Source of the DNA: Hormiphora californensis
Taxonomy: Eukaryota; Animalia; Ctenophora
NCBI GenBank assembly: GCA_020137815.1
Contig: CM035359.1
Coordinates: 6,138,001-6,202,000 of the forward strand
Length of the DNA: 64,000 bases
Direction of reading: 5' to 3'
The notes beneath the pieces are model-generated. The model did not search any database, was not told the origin of the DNA, and worked only from the letters and a program-made list of their open reading frames with translations. Shown one piece after another: positions 63,882-64,000 of this stretch. Both the position numbers and the translations under genes were made by a program. Within the stretch, counting starts at the first letter, position 1, and each line of letters starts with the position of its first letter.

Positions 63882-64000
63882 GTAATGACGTCATTGCATA
63901 CTAGAAACTGTCTTTGTGTCGTGTAATAGAGTTATCACTACACTATCAACCTAATTTATCACTTAGTTTCCACAGTTTGTAACCCCCTCCTCCCTCCAGG

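Overview
Eukaryotic, intron-rich animal genomic DNA. It is most likely a ctenophore: the 109-bp MITE (its translation EPTETSKQPIRTRYLGHVTGYQPIRDQYFLIRSVP) and the CAGT(C/T)GGACC..GATTTACC repeat match my recollection of Pleurobrachia repeats, which I have not verified by search. I assembled five spliced genes by hand from GT-AG junctions and phase continuity. (1) A complete 6-exon Bsx/Bsh homeobox gene (+, 12246-18139). (2) A complete 9-exon secreted, probably GPI-anchored NDNF-like FN3 protein carrying an inserted 8-Cys module (-, 26676-20571). (3) A ~7-Ig type I membrane receptor with ITIM/ITSM/NPxY-like tail motifs (+, 29088-51141, with two gaps in garbled sequence). (4) PIGW/GWT1 (-, 59074-52077, 5' end lost in garbled sequence). 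(5) The 5' part of a TMEM87-like gene (+, from 63208). The most unusual signal is recurrent tandem duplication centred exactly on splice junctions: arrays of up to 7-8 complete donor or acceptor copies in three different genes, where only the exon-proximal copy keeps the frame in the cases I translated. Also present are a nested foldback element with head-to-head TTAGGG/CCCTAA repeats, several MITE families with target-site duplications (TSDs), a T-shaped hairpin repeat with flip/flop loops, and many (GA/TC)n tracts. About 15 kb is low-quality, homopolymer-inflated consensus, and its ORFs should be ignored.
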